NCBI GenBank assembly: GCA_964593155.1
Contig: CAZQHE010000007.1
Span: 1 to 57,718, forward strand
Origin: an uncultured bacterium
GTDB lineage: Bacteria > Krumholzibacteriota > Krumholzibacteriia > JAJRXK01
Direction: 5' to 3'
DNA length: 57,718 bases
In this document: positions 10,312 to 22,655 of the stretch, piece by piece
Layout of the letters: each line of letters starts with the position of its first letter
Numbering within the stretch: position 1 is the stretch's first letter
Translations under genes and position numbers: made by a program
Notes under the pieces: generated by a model
The model's input: the letters and a program-made list of their open reading frames with translations, nothing else
Told to the model about the DNA's origin: nothing
The model's database searches: none

Positions 10312-12840
10312 CTAGCCCTCGGACCCCTGATCTCCGTCCGGACTCGGATCCGTCGGATCCGAGCGATTCGCCTCGTCCGAGGACTGGTCTTCGATCTCTT
10401 GCTCGATGTCCTCGGGCGTGGCGATCCTGGCGATCGTCGAAACGATGTCTCCTGGATTGAGGTGGATCACCCGGACACCCTGGGTGTTCCGGCCGATCTT
10501 GCTGATGCCTTCGACGGCGGTGCGGATGATCACACCCCGTCGCGTGATGATCATGACCTCGTCGCTCTCGTACACGCCGAGCTGCGCCACGATCGGGCCG
10601 TTCCGCGGGGACACCTTCATCGTGATGATGCCCTTGCCGCCCCGGTTCTGCAGTCGGTACTCGTCGAGCACCGTCCGCTTGCCGTAGCCCCCCTCGGTCA
10701 CGCACAGGAGCTGCGAGGTGTCGTCGGCGTCGACGATGACCATGCTCACCACGGCGTCGTCGGCGGACGCGAGCTCGATGCCCTTCACTCCGCGCGCGGT
10801 CCGGCCCATGGACCGGGCGTCCTCGACGGCGAAGCGAATGCTCTTGCCCGATCGAGACGCGAGGATCGCGTGCTGCCCGGCCTGCGTCAACCGCACACCG
10901 ATCAATTCGTCGTCCTCCATCAGGCCGATCGCCCGCAGACCCGACGAGCGGATGTTCCGGAACTGGTCGAGCGACGTGCGCTTGACCAGACCGTTGCGGG
11001 TGGCGAAGAAGAGGAATCGGTCGGAACTGAATTCGCCGTGCACCTTCAGCGTGGCATTCACCCGTTCTTCCGAATCGAGCGGCAAGAGGTTGCGAAGAGA
11101 CTTCCCTCGTGCCGTGCGGCTCGCCTCGGGCAGCTGGTAGACCTTGAGGCTGAACACGCGCCCGTAGGTGGTGAAGAACAGGACGTCGTCGTGGGTGCTG
11201 GCCACGAAGAGCTGCGCGACCCAGTCCTCGTCCTTGAGCGCTCCGGCCGAGACACCCTTGCCGCCGCGTCCCTGGCTGCGGTACTCGCTCGACGCCAGGC
11301 GCTTGACGTACCCGGCATTGCTGACGGTGACCACCATCTCGCGCTCGGCGATGAGGTCCTCCATCGATACGTCGCCCTGGGCGTCCATGATCTCGGTGCG
11401 ACGGTCGTCCCCGTACTTCCTCTGGATCTCGAGCAGTTCGTCCTTGATGATCTGCAGCTGCAATTCGCGGCTGTCGAGGATCGACCGCAGACGCTCGATC
11501 TCCTGGATCAGTTCCTGGTACTCGCTCTCGATCTTCTCGCGCTCGAGTCCGGTGAGTCGCTGCAGGCGCAGCTCGAGGATCGCCTGCGCCTGACGTTCGC
11601 TCAGACCGAAGCGCTGAACGAGTCCGTTGCGTGCGGTCTCGGTGTCGGCACTGCCCCGGATCAGTTCGATGATCTCGTCGATGTTGTCGAGGGCGATGCG
11701 GTAGCCCTCGAGGATGTGCGCCCGGGCCTCGGCCTTCTCGAGGTCGAAGCGCGTGCGCCGCACCACGACTTCCTCCCGGAAGTCGAGGTAGTGCTGCATC
11801 ATGTCCTTCATGCTCAGCACCGTGGGCTGGTTGCCCACCAACGCGAGGTTGTTCACCCCGAAGGTGCTCTGCATGGAGGTGTGCTTGAAGAGCTGGTTCA
11901 GGACGACCTGCCCCTGGGCGTCCTTCTTCAACGTGACCACGATCCGCATGCCACGACGATCGGTCTCGTCGTTCAGGTCGGCGATCCCCGTGATGTGACC
12001 GTCGCGCACGAGCTGGGCGATCTTCTGGATCAGCTCGGCCTTGTTCACGTAGTAGGGGATCTCGTGGACGATGATCGCCTCGCGCCCGTTCGGGAGTTCC
12101 TCGAACTCGGTGCGCGCACGCATCACCACACGGCCCCGGCCGGTGACGACGTAGTCGCGGATGCCGGCGCGGCCGTGGATCAGCGCGCCGGTGGGGAAGT
12201 CGGGACCCTGGACGTACTGGAGCATCTCGATGGGCTCCATGTCCGGGTTGTCGAGCAGGGCGACGAGGCCGTCGACGACCTCGGTCAGGTTGTGCGGCGG
12301 GCAGTTCGTCGCCATGCCCACCGCGATGCCGGTCGTCCCGTTGATCAGGACGTTCGGCACCGAACTCGGTAACACGCTCGGCATCTCGCGGCTGCCGTCG
12401 TAGTTCGGCACGAAGTCGACGGTGTTCTTCTCGAGGTCGCGCAGCATCTCCATCGCCAGCGGCGTGAGGCGCGCCTCGGTGTACCGCTCGGCCGCGGGCG
12501 AGTCGCCGTCGATGCTTCCGAAGTTCCCCTGGCCGTCGACCAGCGGATACCGCATCGAGAACGGCTGGGCCAGACGCACGAGCGTGTCGTACACCGCCGC
12601 CGTTCCGTGCGGGTGGTAGTTGCCCGTGGTGTCACCGGTGATCTTCGCGCTCTTGCGGTAGGGCCGCCCGGGCGAGAGGTTCAGGTCGTTCATCGCCGTG
12701 AGCACGCGGCGGTGCACCGGCTTCAGACCGTCGCGCACGTCGGGCAGGGCGCGCGACACGATCACCGACATGGAGTACTCGAGGTACGAGCGCCGCATCT
12801 GGCGCTCGACGTCGACGTTCAGGATGCGTTCGTCACTCAA
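10312..12840 (-). CDS. gyrA: DNA gyrase subunit A
   Basis: SVIVSRALPDVRDGLKPVHRR, YHPHG, AERYTE (active-site Tyr), GyrA box QGRGGKG. TTG start. Confidence 0.98.
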   Translation of the reverse strand: MSDERILNVDVERQMRRSYLEYSMSVIVSRALPDVRDGLKPVHRRVLTAMNDLNLSPGRPYRKSAKITGDTTGNYHPHGTAAVYDTLVRLAQPFSMRYPLVDGQGNFGSIDGDSPAAERYTEARLTPLAMEMLRDLEKNTVDFVPNYDGSREMPSVLPSSVPNVLINGTTGIAVGMATNCPPHNLTEVVDGLVALLDNPDMEPIEMLQYVQGPDFPTGALIHGRAGIRDYVVTGRGRVVMRARTEFEELPNGREAIIVHEIPYYVNKAELIQKIAQLVRDGHITGIADLNDETDRRGMRIVVTLKKDAQGQVVLNQLFKHTSMQSTFGVNNLALVGNQPTVLSMKDMMQHYLDFREEVVVRRTRFDLEKAEARAHILEGYRIALDNIDEIIELIRGSADTETARNGLVQRFGLSERQAQAILELRLQRLTGLEREKIESEYQELIQEIERLRSILDSRELQLQIIKDELLEIQRKYGDDRRTEIMDAQGDVSMEDLIAEREMVVTVSNAGYVKRLASSEYRSQGRGGKGVSAGALKDEDWVAQLFVASTHDDVLFFTTYGRVFSLKVYQLPEASRTARGKSLRNLLPLDSEERVNATLKVHGEFSSDRFLFFATRNGLVKRTSLDQFRNIRSSGLRAIGLMEDDELIGVRLTQAGQHAILASRSGKSIRFAVEDARSMGRTARGVKGIELASADDAVVSMVIVDADDTSQLLCVTEGGYGKRTVLDEYRLQNRGGKGIITMKVSPRNGPIVAQLGVYESDEVMIITRRGVIIRTAVEGISKIGRNTQGVRVIHLNPGDIVSTIARIATPEDIEQEIEDQSSDEANRSDPTDPSPDGDQGSEG

Positions 12841-12867
12841 CGGGGTCTTCCTCGGCAGGGATGAGGA

Positions 12868-15114
<2,247 letters not shown>

Positions 15115-15118
<4 letters not shown>

Positions 15119-16287
15119 GCGTCCTCCGTCATGGCCCGTCGCTGGGCCTCGATCACGTCGTCGTCGAGCGAATCGAGCTCGGTGAGCACGCCGTCGCGCA
15201 CCGTCCAGACCTTCAGCGCGTCCCAGTCCCGCAGGGCGACCACGTGATCGACCCGGGCGGTCGCGATGAAGAGCTGGTGTTCGCGGTGCAGGCGCGTCTG
15301 CAGGGCCTCGGTCCGGTGACGGTCGAGCTCGCTGAAGATGTCGTCGAGCAGCACCACGGGACGCTCGTTCGTGCGTTCGTACAGCAGTTCACCCTGGGCG
15401 AGCTTCAGCGCGATCGATGCCGTGCGCTTCTCTCCCTGACTACCGTAGCGACGGAGCGAGTGCCCACCCAGGTCGACCTCCAGCCGATCGCGGTGCGGAC
15501 CCACCAGCGCGTGCTTCATCGTGATCTCTTGCGCTCGCATCTCCTCCAGTCGACGGACGAAGGCCTCACGCGTGGCGCCTTCGTCCTCCTGTTCCCCGCG
15601 TTCGACGGTCGTCGTGATCCGCAGCTCCAGTCGTCCCCCCCGGGGTGCCAACTCGCGATAGGCTTCGCGCGTGTGTTCCTCGAGCGTCTCGAGGAACCGG
15701 GCACGTTCGACGAGAAGGGGCACGCCGCAGCGCACCAGCTCGCCGTCGAAGGCGTCGAGTTGCCCCTGGAGACTGCCGTCGCGCTGCTTCAGAAGTCGGT
15801 TCTTCTGGGCGATCGCACGCCGGTAGTCGAGCAGATGACGGAAGTAGTTCGCCGAGCAGAGACTGAGGGTGTAGTCCAGGAAGCGGCGCCGATGCTCGGG
15901 ACTGCCCTTCGCGAGTTCGACCTCGTCGGGATCGAAACGCACCACCGAGAGGTGCCCCACGAGGTCGGCCTGACGCGACAGGGTCTGGCCGTCGATCTCG
16001 AGTTTCTTCTTTCCCTCCCGAGTGAGCGACGCGGTGAGCTTCAGGGAGTCGCCCTGATCGTCACGCCCCTCCACGGTCACGTGGCAGAATTCCTCGTCGA
16101 ACCCGATCAACTCGCGGTCGCGTCCGGTGCGCCACGAGCGCCCGAGGGCCAGGTACGAGAGCCCCTCGAGGAAGTTCGTCTTGCCCTGCCCGTTTCGTCC
16201 CAACAGTATATTCACGCGGGGCGAAACGGCCACCTCCAATGGCGCTAAGTTCCTGAAATTGTGGAGCTTGACGCGGGTTATCCGCAC
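15115..16287 (-). CDS. recF: DNA replication/repair protein RecF
   Basis: NFRN, Walker A GRNGQGKTN, GPHRD, SQGEKR, LLDD. Confidence 0.97.
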
Positions 16288-16300
16288 GGCGGACCGAGGC

Positions 16301-17425
16301 TCAGTCGTTCAGGCGAAGAGGCATCAGCAGGCAGAGATCGTCGCTGTCGGAGGCCTTCGCCGGCGGGGGATCGGCGGGCACCACGATCGCCGCCGTATCC
16401 GGCCGATCGAGGGCGATCTGCACGTTCTCGGCGGCCATGTGCTTGAGCACGTCCTCGACGTAGTTGTGGTTGAATCCGATGATCAGTGGCTCGCCGTCGT
16501 ACTCGACCTGGAGCTGGTCCTCGGCCCGGCTGCCCTCGGTCCCACTCGCGGAGAGGTTCAGCGTCCCCGGCTCGAGCTCGAACCGGACCTGGTTGGTGAC
16601 CCGGTCGGCCGAGATCTTCACACGACGGATCCGGTCGGCCAGGGTCTGGCGGTCGCAGGTCACGAGCCGCTCGTTGCCCTTCGGGATCACCTGCTCGTAG
16701 TTCGGGAACATCCCTTCGACCAGGCGCGTGTGGACGACGGAGTCCCCGAGCTCGAAGCTCAACTGGTGGTCTCCCAGGTGGATACGCACGGTTTCGACGC
16801 CCTCGGTCAGTCGCAGGACCTGCTGCAGACCGGCGCTGCTGGCGATCAGCTTCCGGGTCTCGGGCAGGCCGGTCTCGACGGCCCGGCGGACACGGCTCAG
16901 CCGATGACCGTCGGTCGCGACCATGGTGATCGCGTCGGCCTCGAGCTCCCAGTGGACCCCCTGGAGCGCCGGACGCGTCTCGTCGCGCGAGATCGCGTAG
17001 ATCGTGGTCCGGATCATCGTCGTGAGGACCTCGCTCGGGATCTCGATCGAGACCGCGTCCCCGAAGCTCGGCAGGCTCGGAAAGTCCTCCGGCGCCATAC
17101 AGGGCTCCTCGAGGCGGGCTCGTCCGCACGTCACGTCGACCTTCTCGCCCCCTGCCTTGATCACCACCGGATCGGCCCCGAGCGTGCGCGCGAAGGCCAC
17201 GAACTTCGCCGCCGGGATCGCGGCCTTCCCCGCCTTCTCGACCTCGACCTCGCCGATCTTCGTGACGACCGAGACGTCGAGGTCGGTCGCGGCCAGCGTG
17301 AGGCCGGACTTCGTCGCGTCGAACAGGATCGTCGACAGGATCGGCAGGGTGGTCTTGCTGCTGACCACGTTGGCGACCGCTCCGAGGGCGCGCACGAGAT
17401 CGGGCTGCTGGACCTGGATCTTCAC
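16301..17425 (-). CDS. dnaN: DNA polymerase III beta clamp
   Basis: TLPIL, ATDLD, DETRPALQGV, VATDGHRL, RLVEGMFPNY, IGFN, LLMPLRL. GTG start 17425. Confidence 0.97.
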   Translation of the reverse strand: MKIQVQQPDLVRALGAVANVVSSKTTLPILSTILFDATKSGLTLAATDLDVSVVTKIGEVEVEKAGKAAIPAAKFVAFARTLGADPVVIKAGGEKVDVTCGRARLEEPCMAPEDFPSLPSFGDAVSIEIPSEVLTTMIRTTIYAISRDETRPALQGVHWELEADAITMVATDGHRLSRVRRAVETGLPETRKLIASSAGLQQVLRLTEGVETVRIHLGDHQLSFELGDSVVHTRLVEGMFPNYEQVIPKGNERLVTCDRQTLADRIRRVKISADRVTNQVRFELEPGTLNLSASGTEGSRAEDQLQVEYDGEPLIIGFNHNYVEDVLKHMAAENVQIALDRPDTAAIVVPADPPPAKASDSDDLCLLMPLRLND

Positions 17426-17485
17426 GGTGGGGCCTTTCGCGGGAAGGAACGCAGGGACGTCGTGGGTTCGTCGCGTCCGTGCCAC

Positions 17486-17965
17486 CGAACGGTGGACTGC
17501 GCGGCGGGCCCGGTATCGTACTCCAGCCCCGGCGTGCTCACAAGAGCCGCGGGCATGCCCACACCACCCCCTGGCCTCTTCTCTACTCTCCTTTCCAGTA
17601 CAAGAACACAGTAGTGGGAAGAAGGGCTGGGGGCGGTGGGGACGGAGGCTCGACCGGGCGGCGCAACTCCTCTGAGCGTCGGCGGTTCGAGAGCTCTTCG
17701 TTCACCGACGGCCCTGGGACGGAGCGGGGAGGGAACGGGGAGGGATCTGCGTCTCTCAACAGGTGGGGGCACGTGCCCATCTGTCCCCGCTCGTTTCCAG
17801 GGAACGTTCCCAGGTCTGTCCCACGGGTCGTCCCCAGGAAATCCGTGGTCGGGCCCTGCACCGAAGGGTGAATCGCTCGCGTCGGGAAACACGACGGCCC
17901 GGACCTTCGAGATCCGGGCCGTTCGGCTGCTCCGTGGAAGCGAGGCCACGAAGGCGGCGGTTGCG
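17486..17965. other. dnaA-dnaN intergenic region, probable part of oriC
   Basis: 480 non-coding bp with degenerate box-like repeats (17781-17839) and a lower-GC tract (17575-17625). Position is typical of origins. Confidence 0.55.
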
Positions 17966-19390
17966 TCAGTTCGGGTTCCGCAGGTGTCCGAGAATGGCTT
18001 CGTAGTCCGAGCGCACCTCTCCGTCGTGCTGGAGCAGTTCCCGGATCTTCTGCCAGGCATGGTGGACGGTGGTGTGATCGCGTCCACCGAAGCGGCCTCC
18101 GATCTGGTTCAGGGACGCCCGTGTGTGCTCGCGGCAGATGAACATGGCCATCTGCCGCGCGTAGGCCACCTGCTTGGTGCGGACCTTCGAACGCAACAGG
18201 TCGAGGGACAGTTGGAAGAAGTCGGCCGTGGCCCGGGTGATGTCGGCCATGGTGAAGTCGGTCTGTGGCCGGCTGCGGTGCAGGAAAGCCTTGAGGACCT
18301 CCTGCGCCATGTCGACGTTGATCTCGCTGCCGGTCAGGCTGGCGAAGGCGAGCAGCCGCACCAGCGCGCCCTCGAGCTCGCGGATGTTGCTCTGGATGCT
18401 CTCGGCGATCAGGACGATCACGTCGTGGGGGATCAGCACGTCCTCGCGTTCGACCTTCTTGGTGAGGATCGCTACGCGTTCCTCGAAGTTCGGCGACTGG
18501 ATGTCGGTGATCAGGCCCCACTCGAAGCGGCTGCGCAGGCGTTCCTCGAGCGCGCTGATGTCGCGCGGTGGTCGGTCGCTCGTGACCACGATCTGCTTGT
18601 TCGCGTCGTAGAGCGCATTGAAGGTGTGGAAGAACTCCTGCTGGGTCGTCTCCTTGCCGGCGAGGAACTGGATGTCGTCGATCAGGAGCAGGTCCACGGT
18701 CCGGTAGCGGTTCTTGAACTCGATGTTCTTGCCGCCCCGGATCGACTGGATCAGCTCGTTCATGAAGTTCTCGGCGGAGACGTAGTGGACGATGGCGTGC
18801 GAATCGCTCTCGAGGACACGATTGCCGATCGCCTGCATCAGATGGGTCTTGCCCAGCCCGACGCCGCCGTACAGGAACAGCGGGTTGTAGGCGTGGGCGA
18901 GCTGGTCGGCGACGGCCATGCAGGCGGCCGCGGCGAGATGGTTGTTCTCGCCGACGACGAAGCTCTGGAAGGTGTAACGGGGGTTCAGGCCCGCATCGCG
19001 CGGCCGGAGACGCGCCACGGGGGTGGATGGGATCGGAGCCTGGGAGCCGGTGTTCACCGACGGACGCTCGAACGCGGTGGTCGACACGGGTTCCTCGTCC
19101 ACGATCACGTCGACCTGGACGGCGGTTCCGGTGACTTCCCGCGCCACGCGTCGGAGTAGCTCGAGATGGTGCTCGGTGAGCCAGTCGACGAAGAACTGGT
19201 TCGGCCCCTGCAGCTGGAGCACTTCGTTCTCCAGGGCCAGGAAACGGGTCTGGGCGAACCAGGTCTTGTACGTCTGCTCGTTGACCTCCTGGCGGACCCT
19301 GGAGAGGATCTGCTCCCAGAGGACCATCCCATCGTTGTCCGGAGTTCCGGTTGCCGCGTCGAGATCACGCGGTGGCAGAGATGCGGTCAC
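17966..19390 (-). CDS. dnaA: Chromosomal replication initiator DnaA
   Basis: YTFQSFVVG, YNPLFLYGGVGLGKTHL, LLIDDIQ, EFFHTFN, FGGRDHTTV. GGAGGAG RBS before GTG 19390. Confidence 0.98.
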   Translation of the reverse strand: MTASLPPRDLDAATGTPDNDGMVLWEQILSRVRQEVNEQTYKTWFAQTRFLALENEVLQLQGPNQFFVDWLTEHHLELLRRVAREVTGTAVQVDVIVDEEPVSTTAFERPSVNTGSQAPIPSTPVARLRPRDAGLNPRYTFQSFVVGENNHLAAAACMAVADQLAHAYNPLFLYGGVGLGKTHLMQAIGNRVLESDSHAIVHYVSAENFMNELIQSIRGGKNIEFKNRYRTVDLLLIDDIQFLAGKETTQQEFFHTFNALYDANKQIVVTSDRPPRDISALEERLRSRFEWGLITDIQSPNFEERVAILTKKVEREDVLIPHDVIVLIAESIQSNIRELEGALVRLLAFASLTGSEINVDMAQEVLKAFLHRSRPQTDFTMADITRATADFFQLSLDLLRSKVRTKQVAYARQMAMFICREHTRASLNQIGGRFGGRDHTTVHHAWQKIRELLQHDGEVRSDYEAILGHLRNPN

Positions 19391-19441
19391 CGGTTTGCTC
19401 CTCCGATGGATGGGAGGGTGAAAGGCGGACGGATCAACAAC

Positions 19442-19580
19442 TTATCCACCGGTGTCGGGCTTCTGGATGTGGATGTCTGGCGGTAGGTTGTCAGAAGATT
19501 CGGCCATATGGCCGAAATAGTTTTCCACAGGCCGGTAGGTTGTGGAAGAAATCCACCAGGGCGAACGTGGGTTGTCCACC
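19442..19580. promoter_or_regulatory. Cluster of DnaA boxes upstream of dnaA
   Basis: TTATCCACC 19442, TTTTCCACA 19521, TGTGGAAGA 19541, TTGTCCACC 19572, TGTGGATGT near 19469; each 1-2 mismatches from TTATCCACA. Confidence 0.8.
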
Positions 19581-19591
19581 CGGGGCGCGCG

Positions 19592-19620
19592 AACCTAGCA
19601 CTTCGGCCCGGGCCCGGCAA
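19592..19620 (-). promoter_or_regulatory. Sigma70-type promoter of dnaA
   Basis: Minus strand TTGCCG-17 nt-TAGGTT with extended TG. The DnaA boxes fall in its leader. Confidence 0.6.
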
Positions 19621-19778
19621 GCGGCAGCGATGCGTTGTTCTTCATCCCATCTTGAACCTGTTGGTGTGTCGGGGTTTGCAGACCCGGGGATTTCGCGCCG
19701 CCACCGGGCTCGATCACGGTCGGCTCGGCGCCGGCCCCTGGTGCGGAGCCGGACCCGCCGACCAGGGGCTCCACCACC

Positions 19779-19807
19779 TTGACGAAAAGGGACGGCGCCC
19801 CTAGTGT
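19779..19807 (+). promoter_or_regulatory. Sigma70-type promoter of the rpmH operon
   Basis: TTGACG-17 nt-TAGTGT. Confidence 0.65.
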
Positions 19808-19885
19808 TTTGCGGCTGATCCGGCGGCGACGACCGCCCGTTTCACCCGGAGATCGCGCAGACGCGCACAGCGACGAGGTCGGACC

Positions 19886-20020
19886 GTGAAGAGGACCTTC
19901 CAGCCCAGCAATCTCAAGCGCAAGCGCGACCACGGTTTCCGCAAGCGGAAGTCGACGAAGGCCGGGCGCGCCATCCTGAAGCGGCGCCGCGCGCGGGGTC
20001 GCAAGAAGCTGAGCGCCTGA
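19886..20020 (+). CDS. rpmH: 50S ribosomal protein L34 (44 aa; missing from the ORF track)
   Basis: Hand-translated: [44 protein letters not shown]. Confidence 0.97.
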   Translation: MKRTFQPSNLKRKRDHGFRKRKSTKAGRAILKRRRARGRKKLSA

Positions 20021-20086
20021 CGAGACGGGATCCGGCGTTCGCCCACGGTCGTCCGCGGAGGATCGTCGTCGAGCGCGGGAGTCCGG

Positions 20087-20464
20087 TTGAAGGGGACCAT
20101 CAAGTCGAGGCGCGAGTTCGACGCGGTGTACGCGCACGGCCGGCGCGCCCATGGTCCGCATGTCGTCCTGTTCCTGCTTCCCCGAGAGAAGGCCCGTGAG
20201 GTCCTCGGCGTCCGCTTCGTCGACGAGACCCGATTCGGGGTGGTGGCCAGTCGTCGGGTCGGCAACGCCGTGGCCCGGAACCGGGCGAAGCGAGTGCTCC
20301 GCGCCGCATTGCGCGACGTGAACGACCTCTTTCCCGCCTCGAGCCGTGTCGTGCTGGTCGCGCGGAGGAGTCTGGTACGAGACGGCGAACGGTCGCCGGA
20401 GATCGCCACCGAACTCCGGGGGCTGCTCGAACGATGCGATCTCCCCGAGGGTGATTCCCGATGA
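20087..20464 (+). CDS. rnpA: Ribonuclease P protein component
   Basis: RFGVVASRRVGNAVARNRAKR (RNR motif); follows rpmH. Confidence 0.93.
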   Translation: MKGTIKSRREFDAVYAHGRRAHGPHVVLFLLPREKAREVLGVRFVDETRFGVVASRRVGNAVARNRAKRVLRAALRDVNDLFPASSRVVLVARRSLVRDGERSPEIATELRGLLERCDLPEGDSR

Positions 20465-20757
20465 CGAGGACGTCCTGGGCCGCCCGTGGGGCCGTGTTCC
20501 TGATCCATCTGTACCGAGCGGCGATCTCGCCCTTCCTGGGATCGCACTGTCGGTACACGCCCACGTGCTCGCAGTACACGGAGACGGCGATCCGGCGCTT
20601 CGGGTTGGGACGTGGAGCGTCCCTCGGGGCGCGGCGGATCCTCCGCTGCCACCCCTTCCATGCGGGTGGCTTCGATCCGGTCCCGTCGGAGCGCTCCGCG
20701 AGGCCTCCGTTGACCCCAACCGAGGCGCGCGGTCCACGCACGGCCTCCGGGAACTGA
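20461..20757 (+). CDS. yidD: Membrane protein insertion efficiency factor
   Basis: CRYTPTCSQY, RILRCHPFHAGGFDPVP. Confidence 0.95.
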   Translation: MTRTSWAARGAVFLIHLYRAAISPFLGSHCRYTPTCSQYTETAIRRFGLGRGASLGARRILRCHPFHAGGFDPVPSERSARPPLTPTEARGPRTASGN

Positions 20758-20761
20758 CATC

Positions 20762-22582
20762 GTGCAGGGAAACCAGCAACCCTTCGACAGCCGCACGATC
20801 CTTGCCTTCGCCCTGATGGCGGTGGTCTGGATCGGATGGTTCGCCCTCTTCCCGTCGGAGACCCCGCCCCCGGCCGACGAATCCGACCCGGCCGCGTCCG
20901 AACCGATGGCGCAGACGCCCGTCGAACCGCAGCGCGACACCCCGTCGACCTTCGAGGGCACGACGTCACCGGCCGTCCCGGACACCGAGCGCGCGGTGGT
21001 CCCGACTCCGGACGCCCGCGAGTGGACCAGCACGGCGGACACCGATCGGGGCTCGCTGATCCAGGTCAGCACGCCTCTCTACGAGGCGCAGATCGACCGG
21101 GTCGGCGGTGACATCGTCTCGTGGCGCCTGCGCGAGTTCGACCTGGTCGACGGCTCGCCGGTCGATCTCGTGGGCGAGCGCACCCTCGATCCCCAGTCCC
21201 AGCGGGCCCACGCGCTGCGCATCCTGCTGGAGGACCGCGCCCTCGACCTGCGCCAGGTGCGGTTCGAGACCGACCGCAGCAGCATCGCACTGGCGGCCGA
21301 CGACGAGCCCTCCGACCTGGTCCTGACGGCATCGCGGGGCAATGGTGGGGGTGTGGAGATCGTCTACCGTTTCCACCCCGACCGCTACGGCTTCGACGTG
21401 TCGGCGCGCGTCTTCCCGGGACGGGGCGAAACCCTCCCGACGCGCTGGGAGGTCGGCTGGCCGGGCGGGATCGCGACCACCGAGCCGGACAGCGCCCGGG
21501 AGATCCGCGAGTCCAAGGCGGTTGCCCGCGTCGGCGACGACATCCACAAGGTGAGCTACGGCAAGCTCGAGGGCGACGGCAACGACGGCCGGCGCATCTA
21601 CGAGGGCAGCGTGAGCTGGAGCGGCGTCGAGTCGCTGTACTTCCTGTCGACCGTCATCTCGGCCGACCCTCGTCTCGGTGAGGTCCGACTCGACGGCGAT
21701 CACGACCGCGGTGTGCAGAACTTCCGCGCGGCGCTCGGGCTCGAGGGGCGTCAGCCCGCGACGGTGGATTACACGGTGTACATGGGGCCGGTCGACAACG
21801 ACGTCCTGGCCCGCTACGACGGCGACCCGTGGAACGCGAACATGACGGCCCTGGTCGATCTCGGGCCGGGCCCCTTCCGTTGGATCGCCGAGGTCGTCCT
21901 GGCCGGGTTGCGCCTGCTCTACGGGGTCATCCCGAACTGGGGTCTGACCATCATCCTGTTCAGCGTCTTCACCAAGCTGTTGTTCTGGCCGCTGACGAAG
22001 AGCAGCGTCATGAGCATGCGCCGGATGCAGGAAATGCAGCCGAAGATGAAGAAGCTCCAGGAGAAGTACAAGGACGACCCCCAGCGCCAGAGCAAGGAGA
22101 TGATGGCGCTGTACAAGGAGCACGGGGTCAACCCGCTGAACATGGGCGGTTGCCTGCCGTTGCTCGTACAGATGCCGGTGTTCTGGGCGCTGTTCACGAT
22201 TCTGCGCAAGACCATCGATCTGCGGCAGGCCGAGTTCGGCCTGTGGATCGAGGATCTCAGCCGCCCCGATGCGCTCTTCGAGCTCCCCTTCGCACTTCCA
22301 TTCCTCGGCGAGTACTTCTCGCTGCTGCCCTTCCTGATGGCCCTGGGGATGTACGCGCAGACGAAGTTCCAGCAGACGACCACGGCGGGCCAGGCCGACA
22401 ACCCCATGGCCAAGCAGATGCGCATGATGACGACCTTCATGCCACTCATGCTGTTCTTCGTGTTCTACCAGAGTCCGGCGGGCCTGGTCCTGTACTGGCT
22501 CGTGAACACGGCCCTGTCCGCCTATCAGACCTGGCGCATTTCGAAGACGGCACCGCAGCCGGCTGCCGCGGGGGCCTCGTAG
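20762..22582 (+). CDS. yidC: Membrane protein insertase YidC
   Basis: N-terminal TM, periplasmic domain, NWGLTIIL, MQPKM, GCLPLLVQMPVF, GLVLYW. Confidence 0.96.
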   Translation: MQGNQQPFDSRTILAFALMAVVWIGWFALFPSETPPPADESDPAASEPMAQTPVEPQRDTPSTFEGTTSPAVPDTERAVVPTPDAREWTSTADTDRGSLIQVSTPLYEAQIDRVGGDIVSWRLREFDLVDGSPVDLVGERTLDPQSQRAHALRILLEDRALDLRQVRFETDRSSIALAADDEPSDLVLTASRGNGGGVEIVYRFHPDRYGFDVSARVFPGRGETLPTRWEVGWPGGIATTEPDSAREIRESKAVARVGDDIHKVSYGKLEGDGNDGRRIYEGSVSWSGVESLYFLSTVISADPRLGEVRLDGDHDRGVQNFRAALGLEGRQPATVDYTVYMGPVDNDVLARYDGDPWNANMTALVDLGPGPFRWIAEVVLAGLRLLYGVIPNWGLTIILFSVFTKLLFWPLTKSSVMSMRRMQEMQPKMKKLQEKYKDDPQRQSKEMMALYKEHGVNPLNMGGCLPLLVQMPVFWALFTILRKTIDLRQAEFGLWIEDLSRPDALFELPFALPFLGEYFSLLPFLMALGMYAQTKFQQTTTAGQADNPMAKQMRMMTTFMPLMLFFVFYQSPAGLVLYWLVNTALSAYQTWRISKTAPQPAAAGAS

Positions 22583-22655
22583 GTTCGAGCACCGGAACCC
22601 GATGCCCGCGTCCCCGCGCGAAGCACGAACACGACCGAAGTGGAGAGGACGACCC

